Shown piece by piece: positions 39,540-48,143 of a stretch of 64,000 nt of DNA. Positions within the stretch are counted from its first letter, which is position 1. Every line of letters begins with the position of its first letter. The notes under the pieces are model-generated. The model was not told the origin of the DNA. It made no database searches and was given only the letters and a program-made list of their open reading frames with translations. Origin of the DNA: Candidatus Hermodarchaeota archaeon (GTDB taxonomy: Archaea; Asgardarchaeota; Lokiarchaeia; Sigyniarchaeales; SOKP01); contig JBHLLP010000002.1 in NCBI GenBank assembly GCA_048885525.1, positions 64,001 through 128,000 on the forward strand, written 5' to 3'. A program made the translations under genes and the position numbers.

Positions 39540-41018
39540 ATGGTTTTTAAAGATTTTGATTTAATTTATAAAGATAACCGTTGTGAGATTAAAGATAAAC
39601 AGAAGATAGAATTGAAATTAAAGGAAATTTTAGGGGATAACAATGTTTCAACAAAAAAAATTGATATTTTGGCTTATACCAAGGATACATCACTTATAAC
39701 ATTGAATTGGACAATCCAAGGTCAAATTGCTGGATTACCAGATTTTGTAACATGGCCAGAAACTACAGAACAAATTAGCGAAATTCTAAAGTTTGCAAAT
39801 CAAGAAAAGATTCCAATTATACCATATGGTGAAGGATCTGGAGTTGTTGGTGGAGCAATACCTATTCATGGTGGAATTATACTTGATATGAAGAAATTTA
39901 ATAAAGTTCTTGAAATAAATGATAAAAATTTAACAGTTACTGCTCAAACAGGTATAAATGGAATGAATCTAGAGCGATATTTAAATAATAAAGGATATAC
40001 AACTGGGCATATACCCCAATCTCTTTATATTTCTTCTTTAGGAGGATGGATTGCACATCGAGCAGCTGGTCAATTTAGTACTAAATATGGAAAAATTGAA
40101 GATATAATATTAGGAATGGAAGTAATATTACCTCAAGGTGAAATTATTAATTTTAAAACCATCCCTAGGGCTGCAACAGGACCCCAATTAGATAGATTAT
40201 TCATTGGAGGAGAAGGTACTCTTGGAATCGTTACAAAAGCCACTTTAAAAATTTGGCCTAATCCAGAAAAAAGATCATTACTCTCATATGCTTTTCCGAC
40301 TATTGAGGATTCTTATAATGCTATTAGAGAAATTTTAAGGGAAAATATTTATCCCGCGGTAATAAGGATTTATGATCAAGGTGAAACCTCAAGGCATTTT
40401 CCAGACATAAATAATGCAAAAGATAAAGTTATGGCAATATTTGTTTGTGAGGGAAATTCAAAACTAGTTGATTTAGAAGTTTCAATAACTATGGAAAAAT
40501 GCGAGAAAAATTCTGGGGATGACTGTGGCTTACATCCTGTAGAACATTGGTTTGAGACAAGATTTAGAGTAACAGAAACTTCAGCAATGCCTCCATACAA
40601 AATAGTATTTGATACTATTGAAGTAGCTTCACTATGGGAAAATGCTTCAAAAGTTTATCATTCTGTTTTGGAATCAATGAAAAAGTTGCAAGGAATTATA
40701 GTGATTACTGCACATATTTCGCATTTTTATCCAAATGGTGTAGGGATTTATTTTAGTTTTGGTGGTGTTCCCGGAAAAGAAGAAACAGATTTGAAATACT
40801 ACAAAAAATGCTGGAATACAGTAATTAAAAGTGTTTTAGAATCTGGTGGTTCAATCGCCCACCATCATGGAATTGGAATTAATAGAGCTCATTGGATGGA
40901 AAAAGAATGGGGAGCGTCTTTGAAAACATTAAAGGAAATAAAAAAATTACTAGATCCAAATAATATTCTAAATCCCGGTAAAGTTTATTCAGATATCTGG
41001 AATGGAGGTGAAACATAA
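39540..41018 (+). CDS. FAD-binding oxidoreductase, alkylglycerone-phosphate synthase (AGPS)-like
   Basis: PYGEGSGV, GHIPQS, SLGGWIA, KYGKIED, GGEGTLG, AHISHFY, HHHGIG, LNPGK. Confidence 0.85.
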   Translation: MVFKDFDLIYKDNRCEIKDKQKIELKLKEILGDNNVSTKKIDILAYTKDTSLITLNWTIQGQIAGLPDFVTWPETTEQISEILKFANQEKIPIIPYGEGSGVVGGAIPIHGGIILDMKKFNKVLEINDKNLTVTAQTGINGMNLERYLNNKGYTTGHIPQSLYISSLGGWIAHRAAGQFSTKYGKIEDIILGMEVILPQGEIINFKTIPRAATGPQLDRLFIGGEGTLGIVTKATLKIWPNPEKRSLLSYAFPTIEDSYNAIREILRENIYPAVIRIYDQGETSRHFPDINNAKDKVMAIFVCEGNSKLVDLEVSITMEKCEKNSGDDCGLHPVEHWFETRFRVTETSAMPPYKIVFDTIEVASLWENASKVYHSVLESMKKLQGIIVITAHISHFYPNGVGIYFSFGGVPGKEETDLKYYKKCWNTVIKSVLESGGSIAHHHGIGINRAHWMEKEWGASLKTLKEIKKLLDPNNILNPGKVYSDIWNGGET

Positions 41019-42293
41019 ATGGGGGTCGAAGAAACATTAAAAAAATATAATTGGATTCTACCGTATATTCAAAATGCCGATAGAACAACAAGATCACTGA
41101 TAATGAAAAATTTTAGGCAGAAAAAAGCAAATTTTTTTCCAGAAGGAGAATATAAAGCTGATGTGGACAACCTAATTAAATGCACGTTATGTCCTAATAT
41201 GTGTAGGTTTGATTGTGGGACATTGCAGGCATCATTAACTGAGACAATGAGTCCTGCTTATAAGGCTAGAATTGGCTATTATTTAACAACTGGGAAAATT
41301 GATCCTTTAGATAAAGAAAACAATGCCTTCATAGATTTAATGTATTTATGCACAAATGAAGAGAACTGTAAAATATGGTGCCCTTTTGAATTTTCAGTTG
41401 TATCACTTTTAGAAACTGTCAGAGATGATTTAAATGATAAAGGCTTGATGCCAGATTATTGTAAACAGCAGATTAATAAGTTAAATAAGACCAATACTAT
41501 AGAAGAATATAACATTTTTGAAACTTATAAAGAAAAAGGAATAGAAAATATTGAAACCGAAGGAAATGATGATGTTTTCTATTATATTGGATGTGAATCA
41601 ATGAAATTTCCAGAGGTAGTAAATGCAAATATCCAAATTTTAAAAAAAGCTGGAATCAAATTTTCCACCAATCTTGAGAAAAAAGTATGTTGTGGAGGTC
41701 CAGCTTTTAATATAAGAGATCTTGAGACCGCTGAAAAATTTGCAAATAAAAATAACGAGCTTATAGCATCTACTGGAGCAAAAGTCATTGTATCAGATTG
41801 TCCCGGCTGTGTTTTAACATTAACAAATAGATATGAAAAAGCAGGAATTAAAACTGAAAAAGAAATTTTACATACTACTCATTTTTTTAAGAAATTATTC
41901 GATAATGGAAAATTACAAGTTATAAGGAAGCTTCCAGATGATTATAAGCGAATAACAATCCATGATCCCTGCCTTATTGCAAGAAACTTAAATGATACAG
42001 AATCAATTAGAGAAATTCTTAATAAAATTCCAAATTTAGAAATTTTTGAACCAGTATATAACAAAGAGTATGTACATTGCTGTGGTTGGAGTGGAACAGC
42101 TCATTGGGCAGATAAAGACTTAGCTATCAGAGAAGCACGGAATAGAATTAATGAATTAAAAGAAACTGAGGCAATAATTTTCATATCAGCATGTCCTCTC
42201 TGTGAATTAGGACTATCTTATGGAATAGAAGATACAGAAAAAGAAAAATATAATATATTGGATATATCTGAAATATTAATAAGAGTATTATAA
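41019..42293 (+). CDS. Fe-S protein with two CCG domains (GlpC/HdrD-like)
   Basis: CTLCPNMC...C, YYIGC, CCGG, DCPGC, HDPC, CCG, ACPLC. Confidence 0.88.
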   Translation: MGVEETLKKYNWILPYIQNADRTTRSLIMKNFRQKKANFFPEGEYKADVDNLIKCTLCPNMCRFDCGTLQASLTETMSPAYKARIGYYLTTGKIDPLDKENNAFIDLMYLCTNEENCKIWCPFEFSVVSLLETVRDDLNDKGLMPDYCKQQINKLNKTNTIEEYNIFETYKEKGIENIETEGNDDVFYYIGCESMKFPEVVNANIQILKKAGIKFSTNLEKKVCCGGPAFNIRDLETAEKFANKNNELIASTGAKVIVSDCPGCVLTLTNRYEKAGIKTEKEILHTTHFFKKLFDNGKLQVIRKLPDDYKRITIHDPCLIARNLNDTESIREILNKIPNLEIFEPVYNKEYVHCCGWSGTAHWADKDLAIREARNRINELKETEAIIFISACPLCELGLSYGIEDTEKEKYNILDISEILIRVL

Positions 42294-42329
42294 ATTGTTT
42301 ATGTTAAAAATTTTTTAAAAAGTGATTAT

Positions 42330-43790
42330 ATGAGCGATCTGATTTGTGTATTTGATGTAGGAACTACTGGAGCGAGAACTATGATATTTGACATTAATGG
42401 TAATGTAGTTGCTAAAGCTTATGAAGAATATCCCGTAGTAAAACAGCCAATAGGAACTTCTGAACATGATCCAATAATTTGGTGGAATGCTATTAAAAAC
42501 ACATGTAATAAAGTGGTAAGAACAATTAATCTTGAAGATATAATTGGGATATCTGCAACTTTTCTTCGAGCAGCAGTTACTATTATTGATAAAAAAGGTG
42601 AAGTACTTCATCCTGCTTTAACTTGGATGGATGAAAGACAAGAACATACAGCAATAGAATGGAAAAAAGATGTGGATCTTAGAAGGTCGATTCCTAAAAT
42701 ACTCTGGGTTAAAAATAATAAACCAGATTTATTCAGTAGAGCTGATAAAATTATCCATACTGATTCTTATATATATATGAAATTATGTGAAAAATGTGTA
42801 TCAGACCCGACAATGGCGATTTGGGGGCCACTAAATAACAATTCGCTTAAATGGGATGAGGAGATAGGTGAACGATTTGATTTACCCATAGAATTCTGGC
42901 CAGAATTGCATCAACCCGGAGAAATTATTGGTGAATTATCCAGTAGTGCTGCGGATGTTTTAGGTTTAAAGAAAAACATCCCGATTATAGTCGGGGGCAG
43001 TGATCAACAATGTTCATCTTTAGGATTAGGTGTTATCAACGTAGGACAAGCTAAAGCTACTACAGGGACAGGAACGTTTGTGGATTATGTTGTAGATCAC
43101 CCCATTGAACCCGCGGGAGATTTTCCTATTTTCTCACTGCCTTCTGTTATACAGGGTAAGTGGAATATTGAGGGTGTTTATCCAGGATCAGGTGATGCAT
43201 TAAAATGGTTTGCGAATAATTTCTCGCAATTACAATTTAAACAGAGTCAGGAGCAGGGTAAAAATGTATATGATATACTAACTTCTGAAGCAGCAACGGT
43301 ACCTCCTGGAAGTGGAGGATTGCTATTTTTAACGGCGTTATCTATCTTCCGAAAAGGGACTATTCATGGTTTAGATTGGAATCATACAAGAGCACATATA
43401 ATACGTTCAATTATGGAATCTGCAGCGCTAGGTACTCGATATTATCTCCAAACGACAGAAGCAATGGGTGGTGAAAAAACGACTGAATTAAGAGTTGATG
43501 GAGGAGGAATGAACAGCGATTTATGGGCTCAAATATTTGCAGATATTACAGACAAAAAAATATTAGTTTCAGAGAATAAAGATGGTGCTGCTTTGGGTGC
43601 AGCGATTTTGGGATTTATAGGATGTAAAAGATATAATTTAACTGAAAAAGCTATTGAAAATATGGTTAGATTTCCTACATTTAAAGATCCAATTAAAGAA
43701 AATTCAAAAATATATAAGAAATTATATAGAATTTTTCTACCAACACTACTTGAAATTTATTCAAAAAAGAGAGTTACTAAAGATTTATAA
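42330..43790 (+). CDS. FGGY-family carbohydrate kinase
   Basis: FDVGTTGAR, WMDER, GSDQQC, TGTG, VDGGG, LWAQIFADI, ALGAAIL. Confidence 0.92.
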   Translation: MSDLICVFDVGTTGARTMIFDINGNVVAKAYEEYPVVKQPIGTSEHDPIIWWNAIKNTCNKVVRTINLEDIIGISATFLRAAVTIIDKKGEVLHPALTWMDERQEHTAIEWKKDVDLRRSIPKILWVKNNKPDLFSRADKIIHTDSYIYMKLCEKCVSDPTMAIWGPLNNNSLKWDEEIGERFDLPIEFWPELHQPGEIIGELSSSAADVLGLKKNIPIIVGGSDQQCSSLGLGVINVGQAKATTGTGTFVDYVVDHPIEPAGDFPIFSLPSVIQGKWNIEGVYPGSGDALKWFANNFSQLQFKQSQEQGKNVYDILTSEAATVPPGSGGLLFLTALSIFRKGTIHGLDWNHTRAHIIRSIMESAALGTRYYLQTTEAMGGEKTTELRVDGGGMNSDLWAQIFADITDKKILVSENKDGAALGAAILGFIGCKRYNLTEKAIENMVRFPTFKDPIKENSKIYKKLYRIFLPTLLEIYSKKRVTKDL

Positions 43791-43915
43791 TTTTTTTTAT
43801 ATATTAACACTTTTTCGTTATTAAACGTTAAAATCCGTAATTTCAAAAATTTAGTAAAGTATTTTTGGAACATTTTATTTCAAAGATTATAGAATATTAA
43901 TCTTATATATCTCAC

Positions 43916-44743
43916 ATGCCTTATTTCAAGAACCAAGAGGGTTATAATCTATATTATGAAAATATTAACCCAGATTCAAAAGCATGCACTATTATTTTAC
44001 TTCATGGATTCGCATCATCAGCTTCTTTTTTTAAAGCACAAATTAAAATATTGAAAGAAAATTATCGTATTATTGCTTTTGATGCATTAGGGCATGGGAG
44101 GAGTGAACACCCTAAGGAATTAAACCTGAAAAAAAACCTTAGATTTGATATAATAAGAGATTTAGAAGATCTTCTAAAGTATTTAGAGATAAATGAGAAA
44201 TATGGTATAATAGGTCACTCGTTAGTTGGAGGAATGATCGGTCAGTTATTTGCTGTAAAACATCCCGAGAACATCAAATTTCTAATCCTACTAAATTCAG
44301 GATATATCATGATTGATAATGTTATAAGAAATATATTTTACAATTTACTCCCATATTTTATCAGAATGAACTTTTTAGAAGTATTAGCAAATTCTGTTGA
44401 AAAAATTTTAGATAAAACCATTCCATACATAATAACTGCTTTATCGGACTCATTATCTGGATTAAAGTTAACTAAAGATGAATTATACATGCAAATTGAA
44501 GATCAAATTTTCCGAATGATACATGAGATAAAAGAATATGACCCATCAGGTATTAGTTGCCCTACTCTAATAATTGGAGGAAGGCTTGATAATTTTGCTC
44601 CAGAGCAAATGTCAGAAGAATTACATAGAATGATTCCAAATTCTACTTTAAATATTATTGATATGGCTGGACATTTCGCTCCTGCTCAGAGAAAAGAGAT
44701 AGTTAACGAATTAATATGTGATTTTATTAAAAATCTTAAGTAA
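43916..44743 (+). CDS. Alpha/beta hydrolase
   Basis: LLHGF, DALGHGRS, GHSLVGG, GRLD, AGH. Confidence 0.9.
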   Translation: MPYFKNQEGYNLYYENINPDSKACTIILLHGFASSASFFKAQIKILKENYRIIAFDALGHGRSEHPKELNLKKNLRFDIIRDLEDLLKYLEINEKYGIIGHSLVGGMIGQLFAVKHPENIKFLILLNSGYIMIDNVIRNIFYNLLPYFIRMNFLEVLANSVEKILDKTIPYIITALSDSLSGLKLTKDELYMQIEDQIFRMIHEIKEYDPSGISCPTLIIGGRLDNFAPEQMSEELHRMIPNSTLNIIDMAGHFAPAQRKEIVNELICDFIKNLK

Positions 44744-44785
44744 CTATTACATGTATTTCTTTTAATCACACTTTATTGAATTATT

Positions 44786-45160
44786 ATGAGTGAAAATTAT
44801 AAATTTAATGATAATAATTTAACTATTTCATTTTTCAAAGATGAAGTGAAAAAATTCGTTGAAAATCGTAATTGGAATAAATACCATTCCCCTAAAAATT
44901 TAGTTCAAGCTATTAATTGTGAAGCTGGAGAATTATCTCAATTATTATTATTTAAAGATTATACGAAGGAAGAGATATGGAAGAATGAAACTCTTCTTAG
45001 AAATATTGGTGATGAAATTGCTGATGTGTTTATATACCTTTTAAGTCTTATTAATGCTCTAGGTTTAGATTTGAGCCGAAGTTTCATAAACAAAATGGAA
45101 AAAAATAAAAAGAAATACTCAAGCAAAGAATTTAATAATGGAATTTATTATAAAAAATAA
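44786..45160 (+). CDS. MazG-like nucleotide pyrophosphohydrolase (DCTPP1-like)
   Basis: RNWNKYHSPKNL, EAGEL, DEIADV, KMEKNKKKY. Confidence 0.88.
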   Translation: MSENYKFNDNNLTISFFKDEVKKFVENRNWNKYHSPKNLVQAINCEAGELSQLLLFKDYTKEEIWKNETLLRNIGDEIADVFIYLLSLINALGLDLSRSFINKMEKNKKKYSSKEFNNGIYYKK

Positions 45161-45177
45161 AAATTTGAGAATTTAAA

Positions 45178-45648
45178 ATGCCAAGTATAAATGAAAATCT
45201 GTTAGCTCCATGTGGGCTATATTGTGGTGTGTGTGCTATACATATTGCTGATCGAGACAATAATTTAAAGTTTAAAAAAATACTTGTGGATGTTTACAAA
45301 CCGATTTCTAAAACTATTGATGACATTAAATGTTCGGGTTGTCTCTCAAAAAACCAAGAGGATATATTTGGATATTGTCAAACATGTCCTATCAGAGATT
45401 GTATAATCAGTAAAGGATTTGATGGTTGTTATCAATGTAATGATTTTCCATGCAAGTTTATAGAAAATTTCCCTATTCCTGTTGGCAAAAAAGTTATTCT
45501 AAGGGCAATACCTCGATGGAAAGAAATAGGAACTGAAAAATGGGTCGAAGAAGAGGAGAAGAGATACCATTGTCCTGAATGTGGTAATTCTTTATTCCGA
45601 GGAGCAAATAGATGTAATAAATGTGGAATTTCAGTTAATGTTGATTGA
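45178..45648 (+). CDS. DUF3795-like Cys-rich protein with a C-terminal zinc ribbon
   Basis: APCGLYCGVC, CSGC, CPIRDC, CYQCNDFPC, CPECG...CNKCG. Confidence 0.8.
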   Translation: MPSINENLLAPCGLYCGVCAIHIADRDNNLKFKKILVDVYKPISKTIDDIKCSGCLSKNQEDIFGYCQTCPIRDCIISKGFDGCYQCNDFPCKFIENFPIPVGKKVILRAIPRWKEIGTEKWVEEEEKRYHCPECGNSLFRGANRCNKCGISVNVD

Positions 45649-45710
45649 AGAATATGTTATTTTTTTATTAATAATAAGAATTTTTATAGATTTTTCTATT
45701 ATTTTTTAAC

Positions 45711-46688
45711 ATGGTTATTAAGAATATTGATGGAATAATTAAGGAACAATTAAACTATACCTTAAATGAAACAAACATTCCTAACTTGGGGAAATTATAT
45801 AGAGGTAAAGTTAGAGATAACTACATAAAACAAGATACCAGAATAATTATAGCAACAGATCGTTTAAGTGCTTTTGATAGAGTAATAACCACCATTCCAT
45901 TTAAGGGTCAAATGCTAAACCAAGTTTCATCATTCTGGTTTGAAAAAACTAAAGAGATCGTAAAGAATCATATTATAGATATTCCAGATCCAAATGTGGC
46001 GGTCGTCCATCAATGTAAAACAATTTTAGTTGAAGTGATAGCAAGAGGATATCTAACTGGTAGTATGTGGCGTGATTATAATAAAGGAAAACCCACTTCG
46101 GGTATAATGCCTCCTAGAGGGATGCAAAAAAATCAAAAGTTTGATGAAATAATTCTAACCCCATCTACAAAAGCAGAATCAGGTCATGATATTTACCTTT
46201 CGAGAGAAGAAATCTTAGAAAAGGAAATGGTTGAGAAAGATGTGTATGAGAAAATGGAAGAAGCCGCAATTAAATTATTTAAATTTGGACAAAATTTTTG
46301 CGAAAAGAATGGTCTTATCCTAGTTGATACCAAATATGAATTCGGATTAAAAGATGGAGAATTAATGGTCATTGATGAAATACACACACAAGATTCATCC
46401 CGATTTTGGATACTTGAAACTTATGAAGAAAAATTTCAAAAAGGAGATGTCCCCGATATTCTAGATAAAGAAATCTTTAGAAAATGGCTTATGGATACGT
46501 ACCCTGAAATTTTTCCAGATATTAAGCCTGATGAAAAAATTCCTCCAATTTCAGAAGATATTAAAATTGAATTAGCAAAAAGATATATGCGAAGTTATGA
46601 AAAGATTACTGGACTAGAGTTTAAGGCAGAAATTTCAGATGTTCAGAAAAGGATTTATAAAAATTTAAAGAAAGCCAATTATTTATAG
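45711..46688 (+). CDS. purC: SAICAR synthetase
   Basis: GKVRD, TDRLSAFD, RGYLTGS, LVDTKYEFG, IDEIHT.DSSRFW, DK. Confidence 0.95.
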   Translation: MVIKNIDGIIKEQLNYTLNETNIPNLGKLYRGKVRDNYIKQDTRIIIATDRLSAFDRVITTIPFKGQMLNQVSSFWFEKTKEIVKNHIIDIPDPNVAVVHQCKTILVEVIARGYLTGSMWRDYNKGKPTSGIMPPRGMQKNQKFDEIILTPSTKAESGHDIYLSREEILEKEMVEKDVYEKMEEAAIKLFKFGQNFCEKNGLILVDTKYEFGLKDGELMVIDEIHTQDSSRFWILETYEEKFQKGDVPDILDKEIFRKWLMDTYPEIFPDIKPDEKIPPISEDIKIELAKRYMRSYEKITGLEFKAEISDVQKRIYKNLKKANYL

Positions 46689-46734
46689 AATTTAAGAAAA
46701 ATTTATATAATAATTCATAGTAATTTATCGTATT

Positions 46735-46938
46735 ATGCTAAATTTAATATTTTTATTTATAGATTTTACTTTATTTATTCTCAGTTTTATATTTATAATC
46801 CTAGATCTCAAAAGTTATAAAGAAGAAAAAAATGAAGAACTAAAAGGAACTGTAATACCAAAACGAAGTCGTTATGCATTATTATTTGGTCTATTAGCAC
46901 TAATTCTTGCTGTAATTATTAGTTTAGGGTATACTTAA
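46735..46938 (+). CDS. Small two-TM membrane protein
   Basis: Two hydrophobic helices around a charged loop; TATA-like TTTATATA upstream. Confidence 0.55.
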   Translation: MLNLIFLFIDFTLFILSFIFIILDLKSYKEEKNEELKGTVIPKRSRYALLFGLLALILAVIISLGYT

Positions 46939-47163
46939 TTTAATAACTACTATTACTGAGATTATATTGCTTTTTTTTTATATAGATTTCCTTAATTAGT
47001 TTTTCTTTTAACCAATTTAATTTTTCTTGGAAAATTAGGTTTTAGTATAGTGTAATTACTTAAATTTTGTTTAGGAGATCTAAGTTCTTGTCGTTTTTGT
47101 CGATGAGCATTATTTTTAAGTTAATAAGAATTAATAAAAATATATACAACTTCTTTTTCACAA

Positions 47164-47433
47164 ATGGATTACCAAGAATTTGAAGTAGAAATAACGTTAA
47201 TGAATAAACCAGCAGCGAGGGATCCAGTAGGAGAAACTATTCAAAAAGACCTTTTAGCAAAAAAAGGTTATGATTTGGTATTTAATGTTCGTTCAGGGCA
47301 ATTCTTGAGAATTAAACTTAATGCTGTTGATGAAAATCAAGCTAAAAAAATGGTAGAAAAAATGTGTAATGACCTACGAATTTTCAATCCAGTTACTCAA
47401 AATCTAACTATTTTAAAAGTATCAAAATCATGA
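47164..47433 (+). CDS. purS: FGAM synthase subunit PurS
   Basis: RDPVGETI, VRSG, MC...IFNPV; overlaps purQ. Confidence 0.92.
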   Translation: MDYQEFEVEITLMNKPAARDPVGETIQKDLLAKKGYDLVFNVRSGQFLRIKLNAVDENQAKKMVEKMCNDLRIFNPVTQNLTILKVSKS

Positions 47434-48143
47434 ATATAAAAATAGCTGTAATCGAATTCGCAGGTAGCAACTGTGATTTAGATACTATACATGTTTTGAA
47501 AAACGTTATCGATGGAATTGAAGCGGATCTAGTATGGCATAATCACTTTAAGGAATCGAAATATGATGGAGTAATTTTACCTGGAGGATTTGCATTTGGA
47601 GATTATTTAAGAGCAGGAATAATTGCTGCTCACAGTCCAGCAATTGATGAAGCACGAATAATGTTAAATGATGGAAGACCTGTAATAGGTATCTGTAATG
47701 GATTCCAAATATTAACAGAAGCACAATTTCTCCCAGGTGCTTTATTACGAAATGATTCACTTAAGTTTGTCTGTAAGTGGGTTAATTTGAAAGTGGAAAA
47801 TAATAATACTGCATTTTCTAATAAAATGAAATTAGGAGAGGTATGTACTTTACCTATAGCTCATGCTGAGGGACGATATTTTGCTGATAATCTGAAAGAG
47901 TTAGAGGAAAATGACCAAATTGTTTTTAGATATTGTACCGAACAAGGAACACTTACAGAAGAAGCGAATCCAAATGGTTCTTTAGAAAATATTGCAGGAA
48001 TTTGCAATTTAAACCGAAATTGTATTGGATTAATGCCTCATCCTGAACGTGCATCAGAAGCAATATTAAGTCCAAAAAGAACGACCCATGGAAAATTATT
48101 TTTCGAATCCATGATAGAATTCATCAAACGGAGGTTATCATAA
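47430..48143 (+). CDS. purQ: FGAM synthase subunit PurQ
   Basis: FAGSNCD, PGGFAFGDYLRAG, GICNGFQ, HAEG, NPNGS, MPHPER. Confidence 0.96.
   Translation: MNIKIAVIEFAGSNCDLDTIHVLKNVIDGIEADLVWHNHFKESKYDGVILPGGFAFGDYLRAGIIAAHSPAIDEARIMLNDGRPVIGICNGFQILTEAQFLPGALLRNDSLKFVCKWVNLKVENNNTAFSNKMKLGEVCTLPIAHAEGRYFADNLKELEENDQIVFRYCTEQGTLTEEANPNGSLENIAGICNLNRNCIGLMPHPERASEAILSPKRTTHGKLFFESMIEFIKRRLS

Noticed and set aside
47060-47110. 16-aa minus-strand micro-ORF or purine riboswitch upstream of purS
   Set aside because: No SD, no motif, and no purine/ZTP aptamer consensus
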